This document shows, one piece after another, positions 61,653-64,000 of a stretch of 64,000 nucleotides of DNA (the stretch's first letter is position 1; every line of letters begins with the position of its first letter). Under the pieces are notes generated by a model that had not been told where the DNA came from, ran no database searches, and worked only from the letters and a program-made list of their open reading frames with translations. Source of the DNA: Candidatus Poribacteria bacterium (GTDB taxonomy: Bacteria; Poribacteria; WGA-4E; WGA-3G); the NCBI GenBank assembly GCA_963665235.2, contig CAXXLX010000002.1, forward strand, positions 96,001 to 160,000, in the 5' to 3' direction. A program made the position numbers and the translations under genes.

Positions 61653-64000
61653 CTATAAGCGGTTGGTGCTGTGTTCATCTATGAGCAACCCGAGTGTTTC
61701 ATCGTAGCGAACCTTTATGAACCACTGTGCAAACTTTCCAAAGCGTTTACGTTCATACAGCTGGCCATCTCGACGCAGTCTTGCAAATTGACGGTCGCTA
61801 ATTTGGGCAATATAGGCTCTGGCTTCATAGTACTGGCGTTCTTCAATTTTCGCCCAGAAGGCTTCTTCATAAGATTCGGGCACAACTTCAACACTCTTAA
61901 AGAGTTCATTAAATTCCTTGCGCCCTTCAGAATCTTCGATAAATGGAACAATGCCTTCTAGGTGCCGTTCAAATAATTGTTTCGCCCTATTAAATTTCTC
62001 GGTTTCTTTTTCATTGTAACCATCACAATAGACTTTATCGATAAGACCTTGGATTTCCGATTCGTGCAGAGTCTCTACAGGTGCGAACGCATCTTTAGTA
62101 CGTTCCACCTTCTCGGAGGAGTAGATAAAGTGATCGTTTTCTCCACCTTCCTGGCAAATATGTACATCACAGATACCTTTTTCACCTTTCCTATTGATCC
62201 GCCCGAAACGCTGAATAAGGGCATCTATCGGTGCTGGTTCTGAAAAGAGGCAATCAAAATCAATGTCAAGCGAAACCTCAACCGCTTGCGTACCGACAAG
62301 GAGATCGGCGTTTTCAAGTTCCTGTTCAATACGCTCTCGATCGCGAAGGATAAATCGACTGTGAAGGAGTTTAGCATTTTCAGTTACGTCTCGTAATTGT
62401 TCGAACACACTTTGTGCCTGCTTAACGGTATTACAAACAACCATGACCCGCTCACCTTGCGCGAGTCGTTCTACAATCATGTGGATTGCATCGTGGATGT
62501 CGCCATCAAGTAAACGGACGCGGTGTCGCGTGAATTTGTTCCGTTCTTCCGGTTCCATTTCAACCAGTGCAAGTTCCCCGATTGCCTCGTTAATCTTCTG
62601 TTTAAGAAACTTTGGCATTGTAGCAGTCATAATGCAGAATTTTGCATCGTAGTCTTTACGCAGTCGTTCTACCATCGTCAAAATAAGCGCGGTTGTGTGC
62701 GGATCATAGGCGTGGATTTCATCAAAGATAAAAAGCCCTTTGGACATCTCAGCCATCTGCATCTCAAACCCGCGTATACCAAAAAACGCCTTCAGCAGTT
62801 GAAAAGGCGTTAGCACCTTGTACGGACGACAGATCTTCCGAGTGAGATTGAGATTCTGACTGGCTAACGCGGCTGCATCTTGAGGTGTATACTTCTTATC
62901 AACGCGTGCTTGATTCCCCGTAGGGGCGAGGTTTCCTCGCCCTCCCGCAGCAGTATAATCTTTATCAACGAGTGCTTGATTCTCCGTAGGGGCGAGGTTT
63001 CCTCGCCCTCCCGCAGCAGTATAATCTTTATCAACGAGTGCTTGATACATAAAATAGGCAGCCTTACCATGCAGCATACCGATTTTATCGTCAGATACGA
63101 GTTCCTTCAGCCGATTATACATAGCGTTTATACTGGCGGTGTAGGGTAAAACATAAAAGACCCGGTTGCCAAGTGTTTCACATTGGTTGTTGTCTGACCA
63201 GAGCAAAGCCGCTTCAGTTTTGCCGGAACCGGTGGGCGCGGAGAGCATGAGTTGTCCGGTTGTTTCGCCTGAGGCTTTTTGAAAAGGTTGCCATCCGTGA
63301 AATTGTCGTTTTTTTTCTTCTGCCTTCTCTTTAACATGTTGTGTCAGTTCTGCTTCAAAGTTATCAAGTGCGGCCTGGATCTCATTTTTGCCAGCAGAAG
63401 CGAGGTGGTCACAGGCAATCATGCATCCGCGCATAAGCATGCCATAGGTGCTGTGCAACGGAGTTAATTCACCGTCTTCGAAGTCATTCCAATAGGGAGC
63501 CAGAAATTCTCGGTAACCGCTAATAAGCTCATCTCTCGAGATGACAGGTGTCCATAAGCACTCCTCAGTAGGACACCACTGAGACACCTGTTCCTGAATT
63601 TTCATTAAAGCATCCCAATTCGGCGCGAGTTCTGCAATTCGTCCTTGCCATTCCTCGTAACCCTCTTTATTTTCTTGCCAGGCCGGATGTCTCTCCACTA
63701 GGGTCTCAATATCCTTGTGATGTGTTAAAATCGCGAGCGCGATCGCTTGTTTGACTGGTTCTGGGTATTGAAGCGTGACAACAAATCCAGTCGACAAGAT
63801 CTCGTGGCGATAGTTCCATCGCGTGTCATCTATGAGTTGTTTTTGAAAACCGATTGCTGCCTTTCCGAAATCGTGAAGTGCGACAGCGTAAAAGAGATGC
63901 TCAAAGAAATCGGGCTCTTTGGCAACATCAGCTAAAAATGGCATCCGTTTTCGAAGACTATCATACACCGCGAGGCAATTTTCGGTGTGGTCAAAAAGTG
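61653..64000 (-). CDS. cas3: Cas3 HD nuclease-helicase (true start lies beyond the window)
   Basis: Frame is open to the window edge (..LFDHTENCLAVYD); LHDFGKA, APTGSGKTEA, FDEIH, MTAT, QRFGRINR. Confidence 0.95.
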   Translation of the reverse strand, partial: LFDHTENCLAVYDSLRKRMPFLADVAKEPDFFEHLFYAVALHDFGKAAIGFQKQLIDDTRWNYRHEILSTGFVVTLQYPEPVKQAIALAILTHHKDIETLVERHPAWQENKEGYEEWQGRIAELAPNWDALMKIQEQVSQWCPTEECLWTPVISRDELISGYREFLAPYWNDFEDGELTPLHSTYGMLMRGCMIACDHLASAGKNEIQAALDNFEAELTQHVKEKAEEKKRQFHGWQPFQKASGETTGQLMLSAPTGSGKTEAALLWSDNNQCETLGNRVFYVLPYTASINAMYNRLKELVSDDKIGMLHGKAAYFMYQALVDKDYTAAGGRGNLAPTENQALVDKDYTAAGGRGNLAPTGNQARVDKKYTPQDAAALASQNLNLTRKICRPYKVLTPFQLLKAFFGIRGFEMQMAEMSKGLFIFDEIHAYDPHTTALILTMVERLRKDYDAKFCIMTATMPKFLKQKINEAIGELALVEMEPEERNKFTRHRVRLLDGDIHDAIHMIVERLAQGERVMVVCNTVKQAQSVFEQLRDVTENAKLLHSRFILRDRERIEQELENADLLVGTQAVEVSLDIDFDCLFSEPAPIDALIQRFGRINRKGEKGICDVHICQEGGENDHFIYSSEKVERTKDAFAPVETLHESEIQGLIDKVYCDGYNEKETEKFNRAKQLFERHLEGIVPFIEDSEGRKEFNELFKSVEVVPESYEEAFWAKIEERQYYEARAYIAQISDRQFARLRRDGQLYERKRFGKFAQWFIKVRYDETLGLLIDEHSTNRL
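62887..63046. repeat. In-frame tandem insertion in cas3: 2 x 66-bp units (28-bp cas3 segment + 38-bp REP), plus a third copy of the 28-bp segment
   Basis: GTAGGGGCGAGGTTTCCTCGCCC occurs twice; protein reads QALVDKDYTAAGGRGNLAPT(E/G)N x2. Confidence 0.9.

Overview
Bacterial DNA, probably Candidatus Poribacteria or a relative. This is an inference from the NYPNPFNPETWIPYQL C-terminal domain, the LamG proteins ending in KLATTWGxLK, and the PhyH expansion. The window has three parts. (1) 1-33.3 kb: seven tandem paralogous large secreted proteins. Their N-termini vary (Ig/cadherin-like repeats, FN3, a beta-helix carbohydrate-active domain), and they share a C-terminal cassette of lamin-tail domain (absent in the seventh), dockerin-like double EF-hand and a FlgD/T9SS-like sorting domain. 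The intergenic regions are packed with GTAG-type REP hairpins, REP tandem arrays, MITEs and a 30-bp micro-insertion. (2) 34-44 kb: PhyH dioxygenases, an enolase-superfamily dehydratase, a DCL/DUF3223 protein, a TPR protein, a TPP enzyme and two LamG proteins. (3) 44.4-64 kb: a type I-B-like CRISPR array of about 200 repeats (estimated from length), interrupted by two IS630 elements and ISAs1 remnants, followed by leader, cas2 and cas3. Most of cas4 and the 5' part of cas1 are replaced by a second leader with a 3-repeat mini-array, and cas3 carries an in-frame tandem REP insertion. Domain names come from motif recognition only; no searches were run.
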